Source of the DNA: Candidatus Saganbacteria bacterium
GTDB taxonomy: Bacteria; Margulisbacteria; WOR-1; JAKLHX01
Reading direction: 5' to 3'
NCBI GenBank assembly: GCA_026387835.1
Contig: JAPLKZ010000005.1
Location: 180,001-212,000 of the forward strand
Length of the DNA: 32,000 bases
Each line of letters begins with the position of its first letter. Positions within the stretch are counted from its first letter, which is position 1. Both the position numbers and the translations under genes were made by a program. The notes beneath the pieces are model-generated. The model was given only the letters and a program-made list of their open reading frames with translations. It searched no databases and was not told where the DNA came from. This document shows, piece after piece, positions 1 through 9,650 of the stretch.

Positions 1-2
1 AC

Positions 3-185
3 AGGTCATTTGGTGTCGATCCTCTTCTCTGGGGTCTTGGGGACGGCCGTAAGATCATGGTGCGTGACATGATGACCGGCCAGCTGTTCCATGAGACGTC
101 AGCCGGTGATCTGAGGACGAACGGACTTAAAGTCGGGCTTTGGCCCAAGGGTTCTCAGGTCCTGCAGCTGATACCGAAAGATTGA
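3..185 (+). CDS. C-terminal fragment of a protein of unknown function, truncated by the window start
   Basis: Frame 3 is open from the window edge to TGA at 183-185 (SFGVDPLLWGLGDGRKIMVRDMMTGQLFHETSAGDLRTNGLKVGLWPKGSQVLQLIPKD). No recognised family. Confidence 0.45.
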   Translation, partial: RSFGVDPLLWGLGDGRKIMVRDMMTGQLFHETSAGDLRTNGLKVGLWPKGSQVLQLIPKD

Positions 186-222
186 TCCTTCCGGCGCATT
201 TCTTAGAGCACCTAAAAAATAC

Positions 223-253
223 TGAAATTTCAGATATTTCCCGACGATAGATA
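223..253 (+). promoter_or_regulatory. Bipartite promoter/operator-like element TGAAATTTC-N11-GACGATAGATA upstream of the 305 ORF
   Basis: TGAAATTTC at 223-231 lies inside the 12-bp palindrome CTGAAATTTCAG (222-233). GACGATAGATA is at 243-253. The same two blocks with the same spacing recur at 30802-30832. Confidence 0.5.
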
Positions 254-304
254 TATGAGTTCAAAAAGAGCTCAATTAATAAGTTCCAATAAAGGAGAAA
301 TGCG

Positions 305-1075
305 ATGAGTATATATGCTTTTCAAGCTGGATCAAAAAGAATAGATATTGGCGGACGTCTGGCAATGGACGTGCTTCCCGCGGCTCATCTTAAGAGGTTC
401 CTGGCTAACGGGATCCTTCCGAGAACCCGGCTTTACGGAGATTTACGCACAGTCGATCTCAGAAATCCTAATATGCCGGTCGAAGTGGAGGAGGCGGCAC
501 GCCTTCAGAAATTCCTCGGCAAGGAAGCATATGCCAAAATGGCCGCCCGCGAGCCTATTCAACTTGCTGTCAGGACTTCGGTAAACACGCCAAAATATGC
601 TATGAATGAATATCCTTATAAATATATATCGCTTGCATTTTCCCTTTTTGGCAGCCCCGGCGAAGGACGGGCATATAATATGGTCATAACTCCGTATGCC
701 GGGCTAAGTCATCCGGTCATGGAATTTAACTGGGCGGATATATTTTCGCACGGCACAGACTGTTTACCGTATTTCAATCTGACAAGACTTGAGATCATCA
801 AGAACCCAGACACTAACTCGACTTCAAAATTCCTTGTCAGGAGAATGCAGCTGGTTGACAGGCATGACCAGGGACTGGCAGCTGTTTTTTTCAAGAACAC
901 TCCGTTATCCGCCTGGACGGGACTTGTCGATCCTCCCGGAACGAAAGGGAAGGATAACAGATATATGGGAATGTATTTTTTGGGCAATTTAGCCTGCGCG
1001 CTTGACCGTATCGAGAAAATGTTCCCTGTGCATCAAGCTCTTGATCGCGATTTGAGAAAGAAAGAAGAGGCTTAG
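305..1075 (+). CDS. Protein of unknown function (256 aa)
   Basis: Long ORF with AAAGGAG Shine-Dalgarno just upstream and a TAG stop. No family recognised. Confidence 0.75.
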   Translation: MSIYAFQAGSKRIDIGGRLAMDVLPAAHLKRFLANGILPRTRLYGDLRTVDLRNPNMPVEVEEAARLQKFLGKEAYAKMAAREPIQLAVRTSVNTPKYAMNEYPYKYISLAFSLFGSPGEGRAYNMVITPYAGLSHPVMEFNWADIFSHGTDCLPYFNLTRLEIIKNPDTNSTSKFLVRRMQLVDRHDQGLAAVFFKNTPLSAWTGLVDPPGTKGKDNRYMGMYFLGNLACALDRIEKMFPVHQALDRDLRKKEEA

Positions 1076-1117
1076 GATTAAGCAATATCTGTTTATTTGT
1101 TAAAACCTGTTTAACGG

Positions 1118-1594
1118 CTAAAAAGTTGTAGTTCGCCCCTTTTTATCAGATCTTAACGTTCTGAAGAAATCTTTTAATATATCCATGCAATCTTCTTTGC
1201 AAACGTCCTTGATAATTTTTACCTTGTGATTTAACCGCTTGCTCTTTAAGATGTTCATGATGCTTCCCGCAGCCCCGGCTTTCGGGTCAGCAGTGCCATA
1301 GATCAAAGTCCTTATCCTTGAAAGGACCATGGCTCCGGCGCACATGGGGCAGGGCTCGAGCGTTGTGTACAGATCGACCTTGTTAAGTCTCCATGTTTTC
1401 ATCTTTTTTACTGCTTTTTGCAGGCACAGAAGCTCGGCATGGGCGGTCGGGTCATTCCTTTTTTCTTTCTCGTTGTGAGCCCTTGCGATGACCTTGCCGT
1501 CGAGGACCGCCACTGCGCCGATGGGAACGTCGCCGGTCTTAAGTGCTTTGTTGGCCTCTTTGATGGCAGACCGCATAAAATGTTCATGTTTCAT
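1118..1594 (-). CDS. tadA: tRNA-specific adenosine deaminase (CDA/TadA family)
   Basis: Zinc-deaminase motifs HAE (DPTAHAELLCLQ) and PCxxC (TTLEPCPMCAGAMV). Confidence 0.92.
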   Translation of the reverse strand: MKHEHFMRSAIKEANKALKTGDVPIGAVAVLDGKVIARAHNEKEKRNDPTAHAELLCLQKAVKKMKTWRLNKVDLYTTLEPCPMCAGAMVLSRIRTLIYGTADPKAGAAGSIMNILKSKRLNHKVKIIKDVCKEDCMDILKDFFRTLRSDKKGRTTTF

Positions 1595-1600
1595 TCTTCA

Positions 1601-1606
1601 ATTTTA
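1601..1606 (-). promoter_or_regulatory. Candidate -10 of tadA (TAAAAT, 6 nt before ATG)
   Basis: Reverse complement reads TAAAAT-TGAAGA-ATG. No good -35 seen. Confidence 0.4.
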
Positions 1607-1619
1607 CCTTTCTCTATGC

Positions 1620-1625
1620 TAAAAT
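1620..1625 (+). promoter_or_regulatory. Candidate extended -10 of pyrR (TGC-TAAAAT)
   Basis: TATGCTAAAAT, 11 nt before the pyrR ATG. Similar TATGTTAAAAT strings lie upstream of glgA and alaS. Confidence 0.45.
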
Positions 1626-1636
1626 GAAAGGCACAA

Positions 1637-2167
1637 ATGGCAAAAGAAAAGATAATAATGGACGGCCCGGATATAGCAAGAGCCGTCAAAAAAATAGCGC
1701 ATGAGATAATCGAAAAGAACAAAGGCGCCAAGAACATCGTTTTCGTGGGGATTCTTGAAGGCGGCTACCCGCTTGCGAAGAGGATTGCCAATATCATTAA
1801 AAGTGCAGCGGGTGAAAACATCGACGTTGGCGGGATCGACGTGTCTTTTTACAGGGACGATCTCATGGTAAAAGGGAAGAATATAACACCGAAAAAATCA
1901 GATATCCTATTCTCTGTGGACAAGAAGACCGTTATCCTCGTCGATGATGTGCTTTTCCACGGGAGGACCGTGCGTGCCGCCCTCGACAACCTGAACGATT
2001 ACGGAAGGCCTTCCAGGGTCCAGCTTGCAGTTCTGATCGACCGCGGCAACCGCGAGCTCCCGATACAGAGCGACTTCTGCGGAAAGAAGATATCCACCAC
2101 TCCTGATGATGACGTCAAAGTGTATCTTGCTGAAAATAACGGAACAGACAAAGTGACCGTAAAATAG
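1637..2167 (+). CDS. pyrR: PyrR-like phosphoribosyltransferase (pyrimidine regulator / uracil PRTase)
   Basis: PRPP-binding motif VILVDDVLFHGRTVRAALD, and RPSRVQLAVLIDRGNRELPIQSDFCGKKI typical of PyrR. Confidence 0.88.
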   Translation: MAKEKIIMDGPDIARAVKKIAHEIIEKNKGAKNIVFVGILEGGYPLAKRIANIIKSAAGENIDVGGIDVSFYRDDLMVKGKNITPKKSDILFSVDKKTVILVDDVLFHGRTVRAALDNLNDYGRPSRVQLAVLIDRGNRELPIQSDFCGKKISTTPDDDVKVYLAENNGTDKVTVK

Positions 2168-2180
2168 AGACCCTCCTAAC

Positions 2181-5100
2181 ATGACAAAACAAGTCTTCGT
2201 GGTAGAAGCCTCTGCCGGCACCGGAAAAACATTTGCCCTCGCGAAAAGATATATCGATCTTCTGACAGATAAAAATAATCAAGATCAGGATAACTCGTTC
2301 AGGAGTATCCTGGCCATCACTTTTACAAATAAGGCCGCCAGTGAGATGAAGGGCCGGATCATGCGCTTTATGAAAGAGATAGCTATTAAGAATACGGATA
2401 GTTCACTACAGTCGCTGGACGCTCTCGTCCACAATTACAATTATTTCCAGGTGCAGACTATAGACAGTTTTGTTAATACGATAATTTCAGCTTGTGCTTT
2501 CAGGGCAGGACTGACGGCTGATTTTGAGGTCCGTAAGGACCATATCGATTATCTTTCGTACAGCCTTGATGATCTCATCGATTCTTCGGGAGCGGATAAA
2601 GAGGTCAGCAAGGTGTTTAGCAATTTCCTCGATCATTATATATTTATTGAGAACAAAACAAGCTGGTTCCCGAGAGAGGATATCCTGGCGATCTTAAGGT
2701 CCATGTATTTCGATTCAAATATATACGGAATGGGTTTTAATAAATATGAGACAAAAGAAGATGTAAGGCAAATAAAGAAAAAGACCTTTTCTCTGATAGC
2801 GAAACTCGCGTCAAAAGATCTTAAAGGAGTGAACAAGAACTTTATCGCTAGCCTTAATAAATTCATTGATAGATCAAAGACAGGCTTTTCGATCGAAGAT
2901 GTTTCCGATTATTTCAAAAGGAACGAGATCCCGGTCAATAAAGGGTTTGAAGTATCAGAGGGTGTTGATGAGCTCTGGTCAAAGATCAAAAAGAGCCTGT
3001 GCGATCTGTGCGAAACAGAAGCGTTCTCGACATTCAACTGCTACGTGGATATCTATGGCCTTGTGATGAAAGATTTTGAAAAGGCCGCAAGGGCCCAGGA
3101 TGTAATGTTCCTTGAAGAGCTGAACAGCAAGGCTCTTCAAATAAAGGAGATGATAGATGTTCCTGAGCTTTACTGGCGGCTTGCCACAAGATACAGGCAT
3201 TTTCTTCTTGATGAGTTCCAGGACACCAGCTTTCTGCAATGGAACAATCTTTATCCGATGATAGAAGAAGCTCTTTCAACAGGGGGCACTCTATTTTATG
3301 TCGGGGATAAAAAGCAGTCAATTTACAGGTTCAGGGGGGCGGCGCCCGTGCTTTTTGGCCAGGCAAAGGAACAGCTGAACAATTTTGAGGGTTCAGTGCA
3401 GACCATAAATATGAATTACCGCAGCCAGAAGGAGATAGTCGATTTCAACAATATGATCTTTTCGGATGAAAACCTGAACTCGTTTATTTCAAAATTATCC
3501 GAGAAAAATGAGGATGTCAATGAGTTTGCCGCAGATATGCTCGAATTGTATAAAAATTCAAAGCAGCAATATCTTGAAGGCAATTTATACGGGAAAGTAA
3601 CTGTCGAAGCAGTAGACGATAAAGATGATCAGGACTCGTCAGAAATAATCGAGCAAAAGGTCATTGCAGCGGTCAAAGATCTTCAAACGAGGTCGGATCT
3701 TAATGATATTGCCATATTGTGCCGTGATAATGATGATGTCCAGATCGTCACATCCTGGCTCCTGAAAGAGAGTATTCCGGTGGAATCATTCCTTACCTTG
3801 AGCATCAGGGAGAACGCGCTGATAAAAGAAGTAATATCTTTTTTGAAGTTCTTGACCTCACCCGTGGACAATCTTGCTTTCGGCTCATTCATAACAGGAT
3901 CGATCTTTCTCAAAATATCCGGTATTGATGCAAAAGAGATCGAATCTTTCATAATAGGGTGGGACAGGGGAAAAGCCCGCGAAAGATATCTATACAAAGA
4001 ATTCAAAAGCAAATATGCAGAGATCTGGGGATCTTTGATCGAAGAGTTCTTCAATTCAATAGAGTTTGTTCCGCTATATGAATACATGATCAGGACGATC
4101 GGTTCATTCCGAGTTATGGAGAATTTCCCCGGTCAGCAGGGCTTTTTCATGAAGCTTCTTGAAGTAATAAAAGATAAAGAGGAGGACATACAGAACGTTG
4201 AAAGTTTCATCAAGTATTTTGATGAGACAAAAGATGACCTGTTCGTAAACGCGGCCGGTTCAGATTCAGTGAAGGTCATGACAGTTCACAAAGCCAAGGG
4301 GTTAGGTTTCGGGGCGGTCATCCTGCCGTACCTGCGGATGGATGTGAAGGTCACCGGAAGAGGAAGATCGGGTGCCGTGATAGAGGGCGGGGGCAGGCTT
4401 TCTATCGTCAGGTTAAAAGAAAAATACAATAACTACTCAAATAAACTAAAAGAGATCTATCTGCAGGAATACAAAAGAGCCTTTATTGATGAGTTGAACA
4501 ATGTTTATGTCGCTTTGACCAGGGCAAAGAACGAGCTGTATGTCTTTGTCCCGCCAAGATCGGGGAACGCAATGAATCCGGTCAGATGTCTGCTGCCAGA
4601 AAAGTTTGAAAGCGGTACGGCAAAAAAATATCCATCTGATATTCCTTCGGAGGAACCGGTTGAGATCAAAACATCAAGATACAGAGATGTGATATCCCTT
4701 CTTGAAGATGACGAACATATCAAAGAATCAAAAGTCATTGACAGGGAGAAAAAGATCGCGGGAGACATGGCGCATCTGGTCCTTTCCTTTATAAGAAGTC
4801 TAAAAGGAAAAGATGTTGAGGCCGAGATCAATGCGGCATTCCTGAAGGCCGGATCAAAATATTTGAAACACGATCTGGAGCATGTCAGGACCGCGGTTGA
4901 AAAGCTGATAAATGATAAGAAAGCGGCTGCTTTTTTCTTTGCGGCGGACGGAGAGATCTTTACTGAACAAGAAGTTATTACGTCAGAAGGACGGCTTTTC
5001 AGGATAGACCGGTTGATAGCGAAAAAAGATGAGGCGATAGTCGTGGATTATAAAAGCTCAAAAGATAACCACGAAGAATATGTGACGCAACTGACAAATT

Positions 5101-5195
5101 ATATGGGATTGATCAAAGGAATATTCAGAAAGTCCAAGGTCAGGGGCTTTCTGGTCTATCTGGATACAACTGACATCGAGGAGATCCATGGATAA
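2181..5195 (+). CDS. addA: UvrD/Rep-family helicase-nuclease, AddA/RecB-like
   Basis: Walker A (EASAGTGKTFALAKR), LLDEFQDTS, VGDKKQSIYRFRGA, VMTVHKAKGL, and a C-terminal nuclease domain with AHLVLS, FRIDRL, VVDYKSS. Confidence 0.87.
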   Translation: MTKQVFVVEASAGTGKTFALAKRYIDLLTDKNNQDQDNSFRSILAITFTNKAASEMKGRIMRFMKEIAIKNTDSSLQSLDALVHNYNYFQVQTIDSFVNTIISACAFRAGLTADFEVRKDHIDYLSYSLDDLIDSSGADKEVSKVFSNFLDHYIFIENKTSWFPREDILAILRSMYFDSNIYGMGFNKYETKEDVRQIKKKTFSLIAKLASKDLKGVNKNFIASLNKFIDRSKTGFSIEDVSDYFKRNEIPVNKGFEVSEGVDELWSKIKKSLCDLCETEAFSTFNCYVDIYGLVMKDFEKAARAQDVMFLEELNSKALQIKEMIDVPELYWRLATRYRHFLLDEFQDTSFLQWNNLYPMIEEALSTGGTLFYVGDKKQSIYRFRGAAPVLFGQAKEQLNNFEGSVQTINMNYRSQKEIVDFNNMIFSDENLNSFISKLSEKNEDVNEFAADMLELYKNSKQQYLEGNLYGKVTVEAVDDKDDQDSSEIIEQKVIAAVKDLQTRSDLNDIAILCRDNDDVQIVTSWLLKESIPVESFLTLSIRENALIKEVISFLKFLTSPVDNLAFGSFITGSIFLKISGIDAKEIESFIIGWDRGKARERYLYKEFKSKYAEIWGSLIEEFFNSIEFVPLYEYMIRTIGSFRVMENFPGQQGFFMKLLEVIKDKEEDIQNVESFIKYFDETKDDLFVNAAGSDSVKVMTVHKAKGLGFGAVILPYLRMDVKVTGRGRSGAVIEGGGRLSIVRLKEKYNNYSNKLKEIYLQEYKRAFIDELNNVYVALTRAKNELYVFVPPRSGNAMNPVRCLLPEKFESGTAKKYPSDIPSEEPVEIKTSRYRDVISLLEDDEHIKESKVIDREKKIAGDMAHLVLSFIRSLKGKDVEAEINAAFLKAGSKYLKHDLEHVRTAVEKLINDKKAAAFFFAADGEIFTEQEVITSEGRLFRIDRLIAKKDEAIVVDYKSSKDNHEEYVTQLTNYMGLIKGIFRKSKVRGFLVYLDTTDIEEIHG

Positions 5196-7989
5196 TGTAA
5201 GAACATTCGCCCTCAGCGATAACTTTATCGCAAGAACAGCCGATTTTATTATCGATAACTTCGGCCCGTCAATGGATCTCAGCAGGATCGCCTGTATTTA
5301 TACTAACAAACGGCCCTCTCTTTTCCTTAACCGGGAGCTTGCTTATAAGATAAAGAATAATTTCTTTCCGCCAAAAGCTTTTGTGATGGACGAGTTCGTG
5401 GAGCATCTGCTGCTTAAAAGAGAAAAGTTCTCAAGGATATCTTCGACGGAGGCAGCCTACATCATATACAGGTTAATAGAGGACATAGATCCTTCATTGC
5501 TAAAAGGAAGGGCATCATTCTCAAGCTTTTTCCCGTGGGCGAGAGAGATCTACTCATTTATACAGCACCTTGATCTGGAGGATATCAAACCCGAAGCGCT
5601 TTCGGCTGTTGAAAAAAGCGCGGCTATCGGTTATGAAATACCAGAAACAATAAACAGTCTGTTGCTGAACATAAATAAGGTCCGCGATCTGTTGCATAAG
5701 AAAATGGAAGAGACAAAGTCATATTCAAGAGGATATCAGTATCTGAAAGCCCAGAAAATGATCGCAGAAGAAGACCTTCCTGAATATGAAAAGATATTGT
5801 TCTGTAATTTCTTTTATCTTCAGAGAACAGAAAAGCAGATAATAAAACGCCTGCATGAGAAAGACAAGGCTGTATTGCTGTTCCAGGGGGAGGAAGCTTC
5901 CTGGCCGGTGCTGAAGGAAAACGCCAGATATTTTAATGTCAGTATTTCAGCCGGTCATAAAGACGCAAAAGATCCCGGGCTGAATATTTACAGCGCGCAC
6001 GACAGCCACAGCGAAGCAGCGGTCGCAGGACAGATACTGGGCGGCATAAAAAAACAGGATTCAGCCGTGGTAGTCCTTCCCGATGCTTCGTCTTCTCTGC
6101 CACTGCTATCGGAGATATCGTCATCTGTCAAGGATTTTAATGTTTCTGTGGGTTATCCGCTGAAGAGAAGCTCCTTATATGTGCTTCTTAAGATGATATT
6201 TGAGGCCCAGCTTACCGCAAAAAATAACAAATATTATTCAAAACATTACCTGGCAGTGATGATGCACCCGCTGGCAAAGAACATTAAACTTCTTTCAAAA
6301 AGGGAGCATTCAAGGATACTTGTCCATAAGATAGAAGAAAGTCTGAAGGGTTTTGAAAGGTCCAAGGTATCGGGCAGTCTTTTTATTGACCTTAAGGAAG
6401 TGTTAAACGATAACAAGATCCTTTCCCTGGTCAACGGGATGATAGATGACCCGGATATCAAGATAGAAGACTTGAGATCGGCGCTTAAGGAGCTCCATGA
6501 AATATTATTCAAAAAATGGGAAAAGATCTTAACCCCTTCGCAGTTCGCGGCATGCCTGCATGAATTCACTGAGATTATGGGCCGGTCAAGCATCCTCGGA
6601 TGTTATCCGCTCAATTATTCTGTAGCTCAGAAGCTGTTCGATTGCGCTGATATGCTGAAAAACTGTTCATTTGCCGAGGAGCACTTTGAAAAATCAGAGA
6701 TATTTAAGATATTTGAAGACATTATGGGGAGCAAGAAAGTGGATTTTTCAGGGACCCCTCTTAAAGGATTGCAGGTACTCGGACTTTACAAGACGCACTG
6801 CCTTAATTTTGATGAGGTGATAGTGCTGGACGTGAACGAAGGCGTTTTGCCAAGCACAGGCCTTAGCCAGCCGCTTATCCCGAGAGAAGTAATGCTGGGC
6901 TTAGGGCTTTCCAGGATCCTGAGGGAAGAAGAGATCGAGCGTTACCAGTTCATGAGATTGATATCCAGTGCGGAGAATGTTCATTTAATATATAAAAACG
7001 ACGATAAAAGCACAAGGAGCAGGTTCATAGAAGAGCTTATCTGGCAGAGGGAGAAAAAAGAAAGGAAACTGGATATCATCAAGGTCAAAAAAGTAATAAT
7101 CCCTTCTTCATATAGCAGTTCCAAACAAGAAGCCGGAAAGACGCCTGAAATATTAAAGCGTTTAAAAGGGCAGGTTTTTTCACATTCATCCGTGAACACT
7201 TATATGGATTGCCCGAAGCAATTCTATTTCAGATATGTGCTCGGGTTGAGAGAGAAAGAAAGCCTGCTGTCGGATATCGAGGCTTCGGATATAGGGAATT
7301 TCATCCACGAATTGCTTGAAAGCGCGTACAAGGACGTCAAAGGAAGTAAACCCGATATTAACGCGGATTTCAGAAAAAAGCTTTTCACTTTGTTCAATAA
7401 AGAATTTGAAGCGTTCTTTTCAAAAAGGATGGCGTCGGATTCGTTCCTGCTTAAAGAACTGGTAAAGAACAAGCTTGATTCGTTCCTGGCGTTCGAGAAA
7501 GACAGGAATATCCGGAAAATTATCTGTCTCGAAGAAAAAGTCGACGGTCTGATAGGCGATTTCAATTTCACCGCGAAGATCGACCGGATAGATGAGCTTG
7601 AGGACGGGACTATATTGGTCATTGATTATAAAACAGGGGATATAGAAAAGTTGCCATCGAAAAATGACGGGTCGCTGCTCAATCTGTCCGACAGAAAGAC
7701 CATAAAGAAGATCATTAAATCTTTTCAGTTGCCGATCTATCTTCATCTTGCAGAAAAAGAGCTAAAGTTCAGCAAAATGAACGCTGCTTTGTACGGTATA
7801 AAGACAACGGAAATCAAACCTCTATGGAAAGATGAAGCTGAAGACAGGAAACAACACCTGCTGACAGTTTATATCGGTCTTCTTAAGAAGATATTGAACG
7901 AGATAATTGATCCGGATGTAAACTTCATGGCAGATGATGAAGACGAAAAACAATGCGACAGGTGCCCCTATTTTTATATGTGCAGATAG
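5188..7989 (+). CDS. addB: AddB-like helicase-nuclease subunit with PD-(D/E)XK domain and candidate Fe-S cluster cysteines
   Basis: Overlaps addA by 8 bp. C-terminal motifs TYMDCPKQFYFRY, GNFIHELLE, AKIDRI, LVIDYKTGD and CDRCPYFYMC. Confidence 0.82.
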   Translation: MDNVRTFALSDNFIARTADFIIDNFGPSMDLSRIACIYTNKRPSLFLNRELAYKIKNNFFPPKAFVMDEFVEHLLLKREKFSRISSTEAAYIIYRLIEDIDPSLLKGRASFSSFFPWAREIYSFIQHLDLEDIKPEALSAVEKSAAIGYEIPETINSLLLNINKVRDLLHKKMEETKSYSRGYQYLKAQKMIAEEDLPEYEKILFCNFFYLQRTEKQIIKRLHEKDKAVLLFQGEEASWPVLKENARYFNVSISAGHKDAKDPGLNIYSAHDSHSEAAVAGQILGGIKKQDSAVVVLPDASSSLPLLSEISSSVKDFNVSVGYPLKRSSLYVLLKMIFEAQLTAKNNKYYSKHYLAVMMHPLAKNIKLLSKREHSRILVHKIEESLKGFERSKVSGSLFIDLKEVLNDNKILSLVNGMIDDPDIKIEDLRSALKELHEILFKKWEKILTPSQFAACLHEFTEIMGRSSILGCYPLNYSVAQKLFDCADMLKNCSFAEEHFEKSEIFKIFEDIMGSKKVDFSGTPLKGLQVLGLYKTHCLNFDEVIVLDVNEGVLPSTGLSQPLIPREVMLGLGLSRILREEEIERYQFMRLISSAENVHLIYKNDDKSTRSRFIEELIWQREKKERKLDIIKVKKVIIPSSYSSSKQEAGKTPEILKRLKGQVFSHSSVNTYMDCPKQFYFRYVLGLREKESLLSDIEASDIGNFIHELLESAYKDVKGSKPDINADFRKKLFTLFNKEFEAFFSKRMASDSFLLKELVKNKLDSFLAFEKDRNIRKIICLEEKVDGLIGDFNFTAKIDRIDELEDGTILVIDYKTGDIEKLPSKNDGSLLNLSDRKTIKKIIKSFQLPIYLHLAEKELKFSKMNAALYGIKTTEIKPLWKDEAEDRKQHLLTVYIGLLKKILNEIIDPDVNFMADDEDEKQCDRCPYFYMCR

Positions 7990-8051
7990 GAGATATCGCC
8001 AGTGACTAGTCGCTCGTGCATTGTGATAGAATATTATAAATTGGAGAAGAA

Positions 8052-9248
8052 ATGATCGAGATATTATTAATTATAGTAATTTTGTTGTTGATAATTGCCA
8101 TTGGCCTGATCTTTTTAAAACAATCCAAACCTCAAGATCTTCAAATACTTGAAAAAGGGCAGGAAAGGGTTGAAAGGGCAGTGAAGGATGAGATCTCAAA
8201 GAACAGGGAAGAATCCGGGGCCGGCGCCAAAAATTTAAGAGATGAGCTTTTCAATCAGCTTACAAAACTCACATCGATAAATACGGACCGTCTTGACAAG
8301 ATGAGGGAGACGATAGAAGAGAGATTGAAACTTCTCCAGGATGACAACAGCAAGAAGCTTGAAAAGATGAGAGAGACGGTGGATGAAAAGCTGCAGTCGA
8401 CTCTTGAAAAAAGGCTCGGCGAATCGTTCAAATTCGTCAGCGAACGGCTCGAGATGGTCCACAAGGGCCTCGGCGAGATGCAGAACCTGGCGATCGGGGT
8501 GGGCGATCTTAAAAAAGTACTGACAAATATTAAATCCCGTGGGACATGGGGGGAGATGCAGCTTGAAAAATTGCTTGAAGAGGTCCTCAGCCCCGAACAA
8601 TATGAAAAGAACGTCGCGACCAAGAAAGGAAGCAGCGAAAGAGTGGAGTTCGCCGTCAAGCTTCCCGGCAAAGAAAAAGACCATATCTGGCTGCCTATAG
8701 ACTCGAAGTTTCCGAAAGAAGATTACGAAAAACTGGTCGACGCGCAGGATAGGGGAGATATCGCGTTGATCGAAGAGCTTGGCAGGGCGCTTGAAATACG
8801 GATAAAATCGGAAGCAAAGGATATCAGGGAGAAATATATAAATCCACCCAACACTACTGATTTCGGTATAATGTTCCTGCCGTTCGAAGGCCTGTATGCG
8901 GAAGTCTTGAGGAGACCCGGGCTGGCTGAGATACTTCAAAGAGACTACAGGGTCATCATCTCCGGCCCGACCACGATCTACGCGTTACTAAACAGCCTGC
9001 AGATGGGTTTCAGGACACTGGCAATAGAAAAACGCGCGAGCGAAGTCTGGAAGATATTATCCGCCGTCATCGTGGAGTTCGGCAAGTTCGGGGATATCCT
9101 TGACAAGACAAAGAAAAAACTTGAGGAAGCAACGAACACGATAGATGATGCTGCCAGGAAATCAAGGACGATCGAATCCAAACTCAAAAGGGTGCAGACG
9201 ATGCCGGCGGCCGATGAAGCTCCGATGATAGGGGAGCCGGAGAACTAA
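8052..9248 (+). CDS. rmuC: DNA recombination protein RmuC family
   Basis: N-terminal TM helix, coiled coil, then RGTWGEMQLEKLLEEVLSPEQYEKN, WLPIDSKFPKEDYEKL and YINPPNTTDFGIMFLPFEGLYAE. Confidence 0.92.
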   Translation: MIEILLIIVILLLIIAIGLIFLKQSKPQDLQILEKGQERVERAVKDEISKNREESGAGAKNLRDELFNQLTKLTSINTDRLDKMRETIEERLKLLQDDNSKKLEKMRETVDEKLQSTLEKRLGESFKFVSERLEMVHKGLGEMQNLAIGVGDLKKVLTNIKSRGTWGEMQLEKLLEEVLSPEQYEKNVATKKGSSERVEFAVKLPGKEKDHIWLPIDSKFPKEDYEKLVDAQDRGDIALIEELGRALEIRIKSEAKDIREKYINPPNTTDFGIMFLPFEGLYAEVLRRPGLAEILQRDYRVIISGPTTIYALLNSLQMGFRTLAIEKRASEVWKILSAVIVEFGKFGDILDKTKKKLEEATNTIDDAARKSRTIESKLKRVQTMPAADEAPMIGEPEN

Positions 9249-9269
9249 ATAAGGAGAGGGAGCTGTAAG

Positions 9270-9650
9270 ATGTACAAAGTCAAAGTTAAGAACAACGGCG
9301 GTATGGTGTTCACGGCAAAGTCCGAGCACGGCGAGATAAAGATAGATGCCGAGGGGAAAGCCATTGAACCTCTTGAGACGCTTCTCGCGGCGCTGGGATC
9401 ATGCACCGGATTCTACATAAGAAAATACGCGCAGTCCGCTAACATCAGGATGGATATGTTCACTCTTGATCTGGAAGCTGAACTGGCCAAAGGTTTCCCT
9501 TCATATTTCAAAAAAATAAAGATGTCAATCGACCTGAACGGAGCGGTGCTGAGCGATCTTCAAAAGACGGCCATGATGGAGTTCATAAAAAACTGCCCGG
9601 TATTGAACACCCTTGATAACGAGCCTGCAGTGGAGACTGTCCTGCTTTAG
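9270..9650 (+). CDS. OsmC/Ohr family protein
   Basis: GxGxAxxPxExLLAALGSCTG-type pattern (GKAIEPLETLLAALGSCTGFYIRKYA) and a C-terminal NCPVLNTL segment. Confidence 0.85.
   Translation: MYKVKVKNNGGMVFTAKSEHGEIKIDAEGKAIEPLETLLAALGSCTGFYIRKYAQSANIRMDMFTLDLEAELAKGFPSYFKKIKMSIDLNGAVLSDLQKTAMMEFIKNCPVLNTLDNEPAVETVLL

Noticed and set aside
1099-1115. Possible terminator hairpin GTTAAA-ACCTG-TTTAAC between the 305 gene and tadA
   Set aside because: Only 6 mostly A-T pairs and no adjacent T-tract, so not convincing as an intrinsic terminator.
8235-8939. 234-aa minus-strand ORF antisense to rmuC
   Set aside because: Mirror of a well-supported coding frame, with low-complexity F/R/H-rich translation.
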